The translations under genes were made by a program, and so were the position numbers. The notes below the pieces were generated by a model that was not told the DNA's origin, ran no database searches, and saw only the letters and a program-made list of their open reading frames with translations. From contig CAXVYR010000004.1 in assembly GCA_963666975.2 (NCBI GenBank), forward strand, positions 1,824,001 through 1,888,000: 64,000 bases of DNA. Direction: 5' to 3'. This document shows, piece after piece, positions 48,328 to 57,683 of the stretch; the first letter of the stretch is position 1, and each line of letters starts with the position of its first letter. This stretch comes from Terriglobia bacterium (GTDB lineage: Bacteria; Acidobacteriota; Terriglobia; 2-12-FULL-54-10).

Positions 48328-49344
48328 ATGGAATTCGTTGAACCAAGGTATTTTTGGTTGTTGGTGGCGGTTCCCTTCCTCGTGATTTTGTGGGGAGTGG
48401 GATTGTGGCACCACCGGCGGATGCGTTCCCGGTTCGGCAACATCGATAATCTCAATGCCGTCTCCCGGATTTCCTGGTCCGGCCGGGGATGGTTTCGAGG
48501 CGCGCTGTTTACGGCCAGCATCATCGCGATGGTGCTGGGGCTGGCCTATCCCCGGATGGTGTACAGAGAGTTGCGTCCCGTCCCCACGCCTACCGACTTG
48601 GTATTCCTGCTGGACATCTCCCCCTCCATGTACGCGCGGGATATGGACCCCAGCCGCCTGGGACGAGCCGAAAAAATTATCCAGCAATTCATCCTGGCGA
48701 AGGAGCCGCAAGACCGCTACGGCCTGGTGGTGTATAACTGGAACAGCGTGGTGCTGTCCTACCTGACCAGCGATCCGCAAAGTATTCTGATCTATTTCGA
48801 TTATCTCAACCAGCAGGACGAGCCGGAGTTGGGCAGCAACATGGGGGCGGCGCTCACCAGCGGTCTGCGGGTCTTCGATATCGATGAGCAGGTCAATCCC
48901 GGCAACGCGGAAAAGCGCCGGCGCATTCTGGTGCTTCTTTCCGACGGGGACGACAACGCCGGGGAGTTGGCGGAGCCCCTGGCGGAGGTGGCGAAACAGG
49001 AAATCAAGGTCTACACCTTTGGGCTGGGCAGTTCCAACGGTTCTCAGGTGCCCGTGGTGATGTCGGGAGGCGTGCACGGCGAGATCATTAAATACGTCGT
49101 CCGGAGCGAAGGGACGCGTGTCATCAGCCGCGCGGAGGACCGCACGATGCGCGACATCGCGGAGCGAACCGGCGCGCGGTTTTATCGGGGTGAAAACACC
49201 ACGCAGGTGGAACAGGGCATCGACGAAATTTTGGTGAGCGGCAGGCCCGTGGCAGGCTATCAGGCAAATCCGATCCGCAGGGATCTCTACTTCTATTTTC
49301 TGTCGGCTGCCTTCGTATGTCTGGTTGTCGGCATTTTTCTGTAA
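48328..49344 (+). CDS. vWA domain membrane protein (BatB/MxaL-like)
   Basis: N-terminal F.EP..LL TM, MIDAS DISPS, PSRL, LLSDGD, C-terminal TM. Confidence 0.88.
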   Translation: MEFVEPRYFWLLVAVPFLVILWGVGLWHHRRMRSRFGNIDNLNAVSRISWSGRGWFRGALFTASIIAMVLGLAYPRMVYRELRPVPTPTDLVFLLDISPSMYARDMDPSRLGRAEKIIQQFILAKEPQDRYGLVVYNWNSVVLSYLTSDPQSILIYFDYLNQQDEPELGSNMGAALTSGLRVFDIDEQVNPGNAEKRRRILVLLSDGDDNAGELAEPLAEVAKQEIKVYTFGLGSSNGSQVPVVMSGGVHGEIIKYVVRSEGTRVISRAEDRTMRDIAERTGARFYRGENTTQVEQGIDEILVSGRPVAGYQANPIRRDLYFYFLSAAFVCLVVGIFL

Positions 49345-49380
49345 CGTCTTGTATGAGGCGGGCCTGAAGGAGGAGACGCA

Positions 49381-50397
49381 TTGCAGGCACAATTCCAAAC
49401 ACAGGAACAAGCTTGGGAGGTGATTCACCGGATCGAAGAGCAGGTCCAGAAGGTGATTATCGGCCAGGACGATCTCGTGCGGCGCATTCTGATCGGACTG
49501 TTCGGCCGCATCGCTTACTCCTTCCGGAAAGGAGGAGAAGAGAAGGCCGGCTCCGGCCATATTCTGCTGGAGGGAGTGCCCGGTCTGGCCAAGACCCTTC
49601 TGGTTTCCGCCATCGCCAACACGCTCACCGCCCGTTTTCAGCGCATTCAGTTCACTCCCGACATGCTGCCGGCTGACATCGTGGGCACCCGGATCTTTGA
49701 CGCCAGGTCGGCCGAGTTCCGCACCGAGAAGGGGCCGATCTTCGCTCACATCGTCCTGGCGGACGAAATCAACCGCGCTCCGCAAAAGACCCAGAGCGCG
49801 CTGCTGGAGGCCATGCAGGAGCGTCAGGTGACCATCGGTGAAAACACCTTCGCCCTGGAAGACCCCTTCTGGGTGCTGGCGACGCAGAACCCGGTGGAGC
49901 AGGAGGGCGTGTTTTCCCTGCCCGAGGCGCAGTTGGACCGCTTTGCGATGATGGTCCGCGTGAATTATCCTTCGGCCGAAAGCGAATTCCAGATCCTCCT
50001 GTCCCGCCTGGAAGATACGCAAATCGAGCCGGTGGCCGATCCGCGTGCCGTGGTGGCGATCCGGCAGCAGGTCAGTGCAGTCCATGTGGACGATAAAGTC
50101 CGGCGCTATATTGTCGCCCTGGGACAGGGCACCCGCAACACCCGTCCGGATTGCCTGCCCATCGTCAAGGAGATGGTGCAGCACGGAGCCTCTCCGCGCT
50201 CCTACCAGCACCTGATGGCCATGTCGAAGACGGTCGCCTTCTTCCGCGGGCGGGATTACATCCTGCCCGGAGACGTCAAGTTCATCGCCACCGATGTGCT
50301 GCACCACCGTCTCGTTCGCACGATTCGCGCCGAGGTGGAGAACGTCGGGACGGACGAAATCGTCGCGGAAGTCTTGCGCTACACCCCCATTCCCTGA
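49381..50397 (+). CDS. MoxR-family AAA+ ATPase (MxaR-like)
   Basis: EGVPGLAKT, RIQFTPDMLPAD, LADEINRAP, LATQNPVEQEG, AQLDRF and GASPR. Confidence 0.96.
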   Translation: MQAQFQTQEQAWEVIHRIEEQVQKVIIGQDDLVRRILIGLFGRIAYSFRKGGEEKAGSGHILLEGVPGLAKTLLVSAIANTLTARFQRIQFTPDMLPADIVGTRIFDARSAEFRTEKGPIFAHIVLADEINRAPQKTQSALLEAMQERQVTIGENTFALEDPFWVLATQNPVEQEGVFSLPEAQLDRFAMMVRVNYPSAESEFQILLSRLEDTQIEPVADPRAVVAIRQQVSAVHVDDKVRRYIVALGQGTRNTRPDCLPIVKEMVQHGASPRSYQHLMAMSKTVAFFRGRDYILPGDVKFIATDVLHHRLVRTIRAEVENVGTDEIVAEVLRYTPIP

Positions 50398-50409
50398 GGA
50401 GTCGGTTGC

Positions 50410-51300
50410 ATGCTGGCGCCGGAACTTGCTGAAGAGTTGCAATATATTGAAATCACCGCATCGCGGCGCATCCGCAGTTTGCGCTTCGGCCAAAGCCGCT
50501 CCCCGGTGCGCGGCTCCGGCTACGAATTTGAGAACCACCGCAAATACGTCGTCGGCGATGACTTGCGGAGAGTGGATTGGAACGTCTCGGCCCGGATGCA
50601 GGAACTCTATCTGAAACGCCACTTCGAGGAAAAAGAAGTGACGGTGTTTCTGATGGCCGATGTTTCCGGGTCCATGAAGTTTTCCACCGCTCTCTACTCC
50701 AAGCGGACCCGGATGTTGCAAATTGCGGCGACCCTGGGATTTTCGGCTGTCAGCGACAGTTGCAACTTCGGCTTTATGGCCTTCAGCGACAAGGTGGAGG
50801 CCTACGAACCTCCCCGCAAGGGGCGGGGGCACGTCTGGCGGACGATTGAGCGTCTCTATCATTTGAAGCCCGAGCGGACGGGAACGGCCTGGGAACCGGC
50901 GCTGCGTTTTTTGCGGAGCCGCCTGCGGCGCATGTCGATTGTTTTCCTGCTCTCGGATTTTATTACCCACCCGGAGTCGGCCCATCTGGGCCAGATGCCG
51001 GACTTGAAGGTGCTCGCGCAGAAGCACGATGTGGTCCCGATTGTGTTCCAGGACCAACTGGAAAGAAGCCTTCCGGCTGGCCGCGGTTTATTGCGTTTTC
51101 GTTCTGCGGAAGGCCGCCAAGAGATGCTTCTCAGCCTCTCTTCCACCCAGCGGAGAACCTTTGAAGCCTTGGTGGAGGAAAGGAAAGCCTCTTTGCGGGA
51201 TCTTTTTTATTCACTCGGAATGGAGTGCCTGTTCCTGCACATCGAAGAACCGTTTATGGATCCACTGATGGCGCTCTTTGCAAGGCGGAGGAAGATATGA
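50410..51300 (+). CDS. DUF58 protein (MxaS-like)
   Basis: GSGYEFENHRKYVVGDDLRRVDWNVSAR, DVSGSM and LLSDF. Confidence 0.93.
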   Translation: MLAPELAEELQYIEITASRRIRSLRFGQSRSPVRGSGYEFENHRKYVVGDDLRRVDWNVSARMQELYLKRHFEEKEVTVFLMADVSGSMKFSTALYSKRTRMLQIAATLGFSAVSDSCNFGFMAFSDKVEAYEPPRKGRGHVWRTIERLYHLKPERTGTAWEPALRFLRSRLRRMSIVFLLSDFITHPESAHLGQMPDLKVLAQKHDVVPIVFQDQLERSLPAGRGLLRFRSAEGRQEMLLSLSSTQRRTFEALVEERKASLRDLFYSLGMECLFLHIEEPFMDPLMALFARRRKI

Positions 51301-51398
51301 TTTGCCGGTCTCAAGTGGGGATGGAAAGTTGTTGTTCGGCGGAGGGCCCGGATTTGGAGAGCAAAGCAGTCCAGGGCCGGAAAGCTTGCTGGCGAGAC

Positions 51399-52397
51399 AT
51401 GCGGGCTCTTCTGCGCCTGGGACTCTTCGGGGGGATGCTGTTCGCCGCCCTCGCGATGGGACGTCTGCCGGGATGGGCGCAGGGTTCCTCCGACATGACT
51501 CCACCCCCGGAAGGGATGTCCGTTACCACGCAACTGGAGCAGACCGCCGTCTGGGTGGGCGACCAATTCCGTTATCAGATTCGCGTGGAACACTCTCCCA
51601 ACTTCGAATTCGTGATGGAGAACCTGAATAAGGACAACATCAACATGGATCCCTTCCAGGTCACGGCCGTTGACTGGCATACGGATTCGTTGAAGGACGG
51701 CAACACGCGGCTGTTTTTGGACATCACCCTGGTCAGTTTTGCCACCGGACAGGAAAGCGAGCAAATTCCGCAATACACCCTGTTTTATTTCCGGACTGAC
51801 CGCTCGACAATCGGCGCGGATGATGCGGCAGCCGAGAGTTTGACCGTGCCCGGTCCCATGGTCGGCATGCGAACCACGCTGCCCCCCGACCCCAGCGACA
51901 TTCGCGACGATATGGCGGTCACTAACTGGCCCGGCTCGCGCTGGGTTCTGGGTTACGCAGGATGGATCTGCCTGATGGTCCTGCTGGCCGGGGCGGGGTG
52001 GGAATCATGGCGCTATGCGCAAAGCCGGAAAATCAACAAGGGTCCGGATCGGCGGAAAGCGATGGAGGCCATCCGCTCTCGCTGGGTCCGCACAGTCCCA
52101 TCCGAGTTTTCCGACCCGCAGGTCGTGGCAGAGTTTTATGACAGTTCCTATCAAAACCTCAAGGAATACCTGACCTTCTATCTGGAAACCCCGGCCGAGG
52201 GTTTGACCGCCGACGAGTTGCAGGAAGAGATGCAGCGTCTGGGCACCGATGCTACTTTCGCTCAAAAAGTTGTTACGGTCCTGGGAGCCTGCGAAAATGT
52301 GCGTTACGCGCAAAATGGAGCGGGGCCCGGCGGCGAGGCGGTGCAGAGCACGGCGCAGGATATGAGGGAAATCCTAAGCTTTGGCGCAAAGCAGTAG
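51399..52397 (+). CDS. Exported/membrane BatD/MxaA-like protein
   Basis: Signal peptide, VWVGDQFRYQIRV Ig-like start, one TM, then helical LKEYL...LTADEL...VRYA; start 51297 or 51399. Confidence 0.72.
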   Translation: MRALLRLGLFGGMLFAALAMGRLPGWAQGSSDMTPPPEGMSVTTQLEQTAVWVGDQFRYQIRVEHSPNFEFVMENLNKDNINMDPFQVTAVDWHTDSLKDGNTRLFLDITLVSFATGQESEQIPQYTLFYFRTDRSTIGADDAAAESLTVPGPMVGMRTTLPPDPSDIRDDMAVTNWPGSRWVLGYAGWICLMVLLAGAGWESWRYAQSRKINKGPDRRKAMEAIRSRWVRTVPSEFSDPQVVAEFYDSSYQNLKEYLTFYLETPAEGLTADELQEEMQRLGTDATFAQKVVTVLGACENVRYAQNGAGPGGEAVQSTAQDMREILSFGAKQ

Positions 52398-52421
52398 GAA
52401 CCGGCGCAGTAGGAACAAACG

Positions 52422-53405
52422 ATGACCTTCCAGAACCTGCGGTGGCTTTATTTGGCGGTGCCGTTGCTCGTACTCCTGGTCGGGGTGCGCTTCTGGCGAA
52501 GGCATTACTGGGGCCATTCGCTGGTGGAATATGTGCGGGAGCGCATGGGCAGTCCGAATCCCTTACTTCGGCTGCCTACGCTGCTGGAAGCCCTGGCTAT
52601 GGGATTTCTGCTGGTGGCGCTTCTCGGCCCTGTCTATCCCTTCGTTTTGCAGAGCCTAGAGCGCGGCGGGCTGCAGATTTTATTCGTCCTGGATCTTTCC
52701 CAGAGCATGGAAGAAGGGCTTCGGACACCGGGGTCTCCCGCTCCCGCTCCCCCGCCGCCCGGTCCGGGAGGCGGCGCCGGAAGCAAGATGGCAGCCGTGA
52801 AAGCCAGCGCGGTTGAGTTTGTGCGCAAACGCCAGGGCGACGCCATCGGCTTGGCCGTGTTCTCCAACAATGCCTATCTGGTCACCCCGGCCACGTTCGA
52901 TCACGGCAGCCTTGAGCAGTACCTTCATATGGTGAACTCCCAGACTTTGGTGAATGAAGGTTTTACCGCTATCGGCGAGGGCCTGTACACAGCCAATCGC
53001 TATTTTGATTTCAATGAGCAGCAGGGCGGCCGGCGCAAAGGGCAGGTTGTCATCCTGTTCAGCGACGGGGATCAGAACTACGGCCGGGACCCGATGGAGC
53101 AAATCGAGAAGGCGCGAACGGAAGGCACTCACATCTATTTCATTGGCGTTGCCCTGGAACAGGGGGCGGCCCAGCAGATTGTCGATGGCGTCCTCTCGAC
53201 CGGGGGCAGGTATTTCGACGTTTCCAGCCCGCAGCACCTGGAAGATGCTTTTATAGAGATCGATCAACTGGAAAAAGGCCGATTCTTCACAAAACGATTG
53301 GTGGAGAATGAGCCAGCCTACTTTATCTTCGTTTTGCTGGCGTTGCTGGCGCTGGCTCTGCGGATGCTCCTCAACGGAATTCCTCACTTCGTGGAAATCA
53401 GCTGA
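52422..53405 (+). CDS. vWA domain membrane protein (BatA/MxaC-like)
   Basis: MIDAS DLSQS, SKMAAVK..FV.KR.GDAIGLAVFS, TAIGEG, LFSDGD and IDQLEK. Confidence 0.88.
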   Translation: MTFQNLRWLYLAVPLLVLLVGVRFWRRHYWGHSLVEYVRERMGSPNPLLRLPTLLEALAMGFLLVALLGPVYPFVLQSLERGGLQILFVLDLSQSMEEGLRTPGSPAPAPPPPGPGGGAGSKMAAVKASAVEFVRKRQGDAIGLAVFSNNAYLVTPATFDHGSLEQYLHMVNSQTLVNEGFTAIGEGLYTANRYFDFNEQQGGRRKGQVVILFSDGDQNYGRDPMEQIEKARTEGTHIYFIGVALEQGAAQQIVDGVLSTGGRYFDVSSPQHLEDAFIEIDQLEKGRFFTKRLVENEPAYFIFVLLALLALALRMLLNGIPHFVEIS

Positions 53406-53600
53406 TTTTCTTCCGGGGCTGCTCTTACTGGAGGCCCGGAAACCTGAATCGTCTCAATTGAAAAAGTATTCTCCGGAACCGCTTGCTGATCCCTCGGCAT
53501 CGCTCCCTTCGGCTATGCTCCCTTCGGCTTCGCTCAGGGCAGGCAGGGCAGGCGGGGCAGGCTGCGAGGGAGCGGGTAAATGGTATTTTTCAACAACCTG

Positions 53601-53830
53601 CTAGAGCATTTTTCAAATTGGTGTATAGAGGGAAACTGAGATCTGCGTCAGGGCACGGTTTTAACCGTGCCGAAAAAAGCAGGGGAGGCAGAGCGGCTTT
53701 AGCCGCTGAGGTTCATATGTTTCTATCGGGTCCCGTCAGGGGTTAAACCCCCTAATGGCTGGCCTCGTTGCGGCACGACTGAAGTCGTGCCTTGACGAAC
53801 CCCTATACATCAATCCGTAAAATGCTGTAG
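53601..53830. mobile_element. MITE-like element with imperfect terminal inverted repeats, next to a degenerate IS5-type MITE end
   Basis: CTAGAGCATTTTTCAAATTGGTGTATAG / CTATACATCAATCCGTAAAATGCTGTAG; preceded by TTTTTCAACAACCTGCTAG (53586-53604). Confidence 0.6.
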
Positions 53831-53891
53831 CGTTGCCGCAAGGTTTCAATGGCAGGAATCCGTCACAAGAAAATCAGAGGAGATACTCAAC

Positions 53892-54272
53892 ATGCTGTGC
53901 AAGCTGGAGCAGGTGATTGTCTGTTGCGCGGAGATGAAACGGTCGGTCGCCTTCTATCGGGACGTGCTCGGGTTTCCGGTGAAGCTCGAATCGCCCGAGT
54001 GGACCGAGTTCCACTGCGGCGGCGTGAAGCTGGCTTTGCGCCTTGCGGTGAGTTCGGAAAAGGAAGGACAGAATCGGCAGGAAGGTCCAGACCGGGCCGG
54101 GGAAGCGCGCCTGGGCTTTGAAGTGCTCGACATCGAAAAGTTTTTTCAGGAAAAAACACAGAGAGGCGCAGTGTTTTCTATTCTCCCCGCCACAACCGAT
54201 TCCGGGCGCAAGCGCGCGGTCTTGCTCGACCCGGACGGCTTGCCCATCTCGGTCACGGAAGAAATTCTCTAG
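53892..54272 (+). CDS. VOC/glyoxalase family protein
   Basis: RSVAFYRDVLGF, LGFEV.D and LDPDG..I; GAGGAG RBS. Confidence 0.88.
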   Translation: MLCKLEQVIVCCAEMKRSVAFYRDVLGFPVKLESPEWTEFHCGGVKLALRLAVSSEKEGQNRQEGPDRAGEARLGFEVLDIEKFFQEKTQRGAVFSILPATTDSGRKRAVLLDPDGLPISVTEEIL

Positions 54273-54310
54273 AAGTTCGGGCAAATCCGGAAACTCTTTT
54301 CCCTGCAGGA

Positions 54311-55339
54311 CTACTTCTCGGCCACAATCAGAGGGGAAGGGGCGGAGACTTCCAGCGTGGTGGTTTTCCGAAAGCCTGCCTTCCGGAGCCAGCCGCGATA
54401 CTCGCGCAAGGTAAATGTGTCGCCCTCGGCGGTGTGCAGGAGCATATTGGCGGCAAACAACAACGGCTGGAGGGGGCCCCGGCGGTCGTCGGCGGGAATC
54501 ATCTCCGCAATGAGGAGCTGTCCCCCGCGCCGCAGTGCGCGGAAACATTTGGCAAACAGCTTGCGGCTGGCGCGCGCCCCCACCGAGTGGCAGATGTGGC
54601 CCAGAAGGATCAGGTCGTAGCCGTTCCTCCCGAAGTCAGCCTCCTCCAAGTTCCCCGGCAAAAAACGATAACGCCGGAGGCAGCCGAAGCGGCGTGCATA
54701 GGCGCGAGCCACGCGCAGGACCGGCGGAGAATCAAGCGCTGTCACTTGGGCTTTTTTGTCTGCCATCGCAAATCCCATCGACCAAGCGGCTGAGCCGGCA
54801 GCCACGTCCAGGATGCGCAGGCCCCGCCGGGTTCTTCCCGCGCCCAGTTTTCGGGCCGCCTCTTGCGAAACAGGGAAGTTGACCGGGAAGAGGGCGCGGA
54901 CCAGCTCGGGAAAAAAGTTTTTTGACCGCTGCGCCATGTTCTCCGGCTGAATGGGACGCCCCGTGCGGACGCTGCGCGCAAGCAGCCGCCAGTCGGCAGC
55001 CAGCAGGTCCGTGTGCTTTGCCATTCCTCCGGCGTATTGGGCGCCGCTCCGGAGCAGGAAGCGCTCCATTTGCGGCAGCAGCCTGTATTTGTTCCGGGCC
55101 CGTCCGAGCAACTTCATGCCCACCAGGGCGTCGAGCAAAATTCGGATTCCCTTCGGCGAGCATCGTGTTGCGCTGGCGACCGAAGCCGCTGCCAGCGGTT
55201 GCCGGGCGAGCGGCTCAAACACACCCAGATCAAAAGCTGCCGAGAGCACGTTGCGGCGGCCAAAGGCCCACAGTTCGTCCCAAATTTGGGCAGCAGCCGT
55301 CCGGGCTGATGGTTTTGGAACTCGGGGGACACATTTCAT
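54311..55339 (-). CDS. SAM-dependent O-methyltransferase with dimerisation domain
   Basis: AAFDLGVF, LLDALVGMKLL, LDVAAGSA, YDLILLGHICH and GGQLLIAE. Confidence 0.9.
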   Translation of the reverse strand: MKCVPRVPKPSARTAAAQIWDELWAFGRRNVLSAAFDLGVFEPLARQPLAAASVASATRCSPKGIRILLDALVGMKLLGRARNKYRLLPQMERFLLRSGAQYAGGMAKHTDLLAADWRLLARSVRTGRPIQPENMAQRSKNFFPELVRALFPVNFPVSQEAARKLGAGRTRRGLRILDVAAGSAAWSMGFAMADKKAQVTALDSPPVLRVARAYARRFGCLRRYRFLPGNLEEADFGRNGYDLILLGHICHSVGARASRKLFAKCFRALRRGGQLLIAEMIPADDRRGPLQPLLFAANMLLHTAEGDTFTLREYRGWLRKAGFRKTTTLEVSAPSPLIVAEK

Positions 55340-55357
55340 CGCAGCAGACTCTGCAAT

Positions 55358-55384
55358 AAAAAAGCGGGTTCCGAAAAACCCGCT
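55358..55384 (-). terminator. Intrinsic terminator after the miaB-DUF151 operon
   Basis: Minus strand AGCGGGTT-TTTCGG-AACCCGCT-TTTTT. Confidence 0.6.
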
Positions 55385-55418
55385 GAAACTGAGAAAACTA
55401 CGGGAGGTCCCAGGCTGC

Positions 55419-55904
55419 TCACATCTTGTAGCGCCCCATATCTTCGTCGTTCAGATTCTCCAGCCACTTGCTCATTTCTTCGCTGCTCACTTTCTCGGAG
55501 GCCGAACTGGAGACTTTGGAGGACTTCAGCACCGATTCTTCCACATAAATGGGGCAGTCCAGCCGGAGCGCCAGAGCCAGAGCGTCGCTGGGGCGGGAGT
55601 CAATGCTGATGGCTTGCCCGTCTTGCTCCAGCCAGATCAGCGCGTAGAAGGTGTCTTCCCGGAGGTCGTTGACCACCACCTTATGCACGGCGGTGTTCAA
55701 TCCCAGCAGGAGATTTTTGATGAGGTCGTGCGTCATCGGGCGCGGCGTGGCGACCTTTTCAATCTCCAAGGCAATCGCGTTGGCCTCGTAAACCCCCACC
55801 CAAATCGGCAGGACGGCGTTCCCGTTCAGGTCCTTGAGAATCACGATGGGCATGTTCGTCGTGGGATCCATCATCAACCCGCGAATCTTCATTTCAATTT
55901 CCAT
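55419..55904 (-). CDS. Bifunctional nuclease family (DUF151)
   Basis: LPIWVG..EANAI, PRPMTHDL and DSRPSDALALA. Confidence 0.94.
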   Translation of the reverse strand: MEIEMKIRGLMMDPTTNMPIVILKDLNGNAVLPIWVGVYEANAIALEIEKVATPRPMTHDLIKNLLLGLNTAVHKVVVNDLREDTFYALIWLEQDGQAISIDSRPSDALALALRLDCPIYVEESVLKSSKVSSSASEKVSSEEMSKWLENLNDEDMGRYKM

Positions 55905-56079
55905 GACTTCACCTCAAAGCGGCAGACGTACCACCGGGATTCAAACCGTCCATTCTATAATCCCACTTTCCGTTTCCCGCCGCCACGAAAAAACAAATCG
56001 AGCAACTTTCAAGTTGACAACTGCTTTCAGGAGTGGGCTGTTTCTCCGGAACGGGGCTTCCAAACAAGCAAGCTGATTC

Positions 56080-57414
56080 TCACACAGCTTCGCCGACCAG
56101 GCTGTTCGGACCGCCTTTGCTGACACGGACGCTGCGGTACTCCCCGACGGCGACCCCACGCTCCAGGGAGGCGGGCACGGTGAAGTTCAGCACCATGTTC
56201 TGGGAGGTTCTGCCTTTCCATTGCTGGTTGTGACTATGATTGCCGCGGCTGTTCCGCCCCTCCACCAGAACTTCCTGCATCGTTCCCACCAGCGCTTCAT
56301 TCCTCTGCCACTGAATCTCCCGCTGCCGCTGCTGGAGCACGCGCAAACGGCGGCCTTTTTCCTCGTCGGGGATGGCGTCTTCCATGCGGAGGGCGGACGT
56401 GTTGGGGCGCGGAGAATACTGGAAGGAGAAAATGGAATCGTAGCCCACCTCGTCGAGCAGGCTCAGGGTCTCGGCGAAGTCCGCCTCGGTCTCCCCTGGA
56501 AAGCCCACAATAATGTCCGTGGTAATGCTGATCGGTCGCCGGGATGCGCGAATCCATCCGATTCGCTCCAAGTATTCCTGCCGCGTGTAGTCCCGCTGCA
56601 TGCGTTCGAGCACCTGGCTGGAGCCGGACTGTACGGGAAGGTGGATGTGGTCGCACAGCGCCGGATGGCTGTCGATGGCCTCCACGATCTCGCGGCGAAA
56701 ATCCAGGGGGTGGGAAGTAGTGAAGCGGACGCGGCGGATTCCGGGCACCTCGGCGACTTGGGACAAAAGCTCCGCGAAGGAGACCGCAGCCGGAGAAGGG
56801 TCGCGGTAGGAGTTGACGTTCTGGCCCAAAAGCTGAATTTCCGTGTAGCCGTCATCGGCCAGCCGCCGCGCTTCTGCCAGCACGCTCTCGATGGTGCGGC
56901 TGCGCTCCGGGCCGCGGGTAAAGGGAACCACGCAGTAGGCGCAGTGCTTGTCGCAGCCTTCGATGATGGTGATGTAGGCGCGGAAGGGATTGTCGCGCTT
57001 GGTGAACTCTGTATCGAAGGTCCGGTCGGTGTCGAGGCTCAGGCCCGTCACGCGGCGCTGGCCGGACTCCAGTTGCACCAGCAGCTCGGAGAAGCGCGAA
57101 TAGCTCGCCGAGCCCGCCACCAGGTTCACGTGAGGCGCGGATGCGAAAATCTTTTCCCCTTCTTGCTGGGCCACGCAGCCGATCACGCCAAACTGCTTGC
57201 CTTCGCCCCGGCCCCGCCGGAACTCGCCCAGCCGGGAGAAGACCTTTTGGGCGGCCTTCTCGCGGATGCTGCACGTGTTGTAAAGAACCAAGTCGGCATC
57301 ATCGGCGTTGTCCACCTGCCGGTAGCCGGAGTTCAGTAAGGTTCCGGCGACTTTTTCCGAGTCGTGCACGTTCATCTGGCAGCCGAAGGTTTCAATGTAA
57401 AAAGATTTTGGCAT
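56080..57414 (-). CDS. miaB: tRNA-i6A37 methylthiotransferase
   Basis: TFGCQMNVHDSE, NTCSIRE, GCDKHCAYCVVP, FTTSHP, DIIVGFPGET and TRAM domain. Confidence 0.97.
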   Translation of the reverse strand: MPKSFYIETFGCQMNVHDSEKVAGTLLNSGYRQVDNADDADLVLYNTCSIREKAAQKVFSRLGEFRRGRGEGKQFGVIGCVAQQEGEKIFASAPHVNLVAGSASYSRFSELLVQLESGQRRVTGLSLDTDRTFDTEFTKRDNPFRAYITIIEGCDKHCAYCVVPFTRGPERSRTIESVLAEARRLADDGYTEIQLLGQNVNSYRDPSPAAVSFAELLSQVAEVPGIRRVRFTTSHPLDFRREIVEAIDSHPALCDHIHLPVQSGSSQVLERMQRDYTRQEYLERIGWIRASRRPISITTDIIVGFPGETEADFAETLSLLDEVGYDSIFSFQYSPRPNTSALRMEDAIPDEEKGRRLRVLQQRQREIQWQRNEALVGTMQEVLVEGRNSRGNHSHNQQWKGRTSQNMVLNFTVPASLERGVAVGEYRSVRVSKGGPNSLVGEAV

Positions 57415-57683
57415 GGTCTAGTGTTCCGTGCTCAGTGTTCCCGCACCGCTTGGAGGGAATTTTCAAACTCCACCCGAGGAAATTATATCACCATTTTTGA
57501 GGAGGCCGTCTCGGGGCCAAAAATTGTGCAACGGGTTAGCTTGCTGGTGTCGGCATGTTCCCGGGAAAAAAGTGGTAGCCACGGCAAATTGGAACTGCCG
57601 ATTTAGCGTGGCTACCAGACGCCTGCGGCACGGATTGACTCGGCTTCCGGTGAGCTTTGGTCTGCACTATCACGGGAACCGCT

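Noticed and set aside
48253-51057. 934-aa minus-strand ORF
   Set aside because: Antisense shadow of the vWA/MoxR/DUF58 genes in high-GC DNA; no recognisable motifs.
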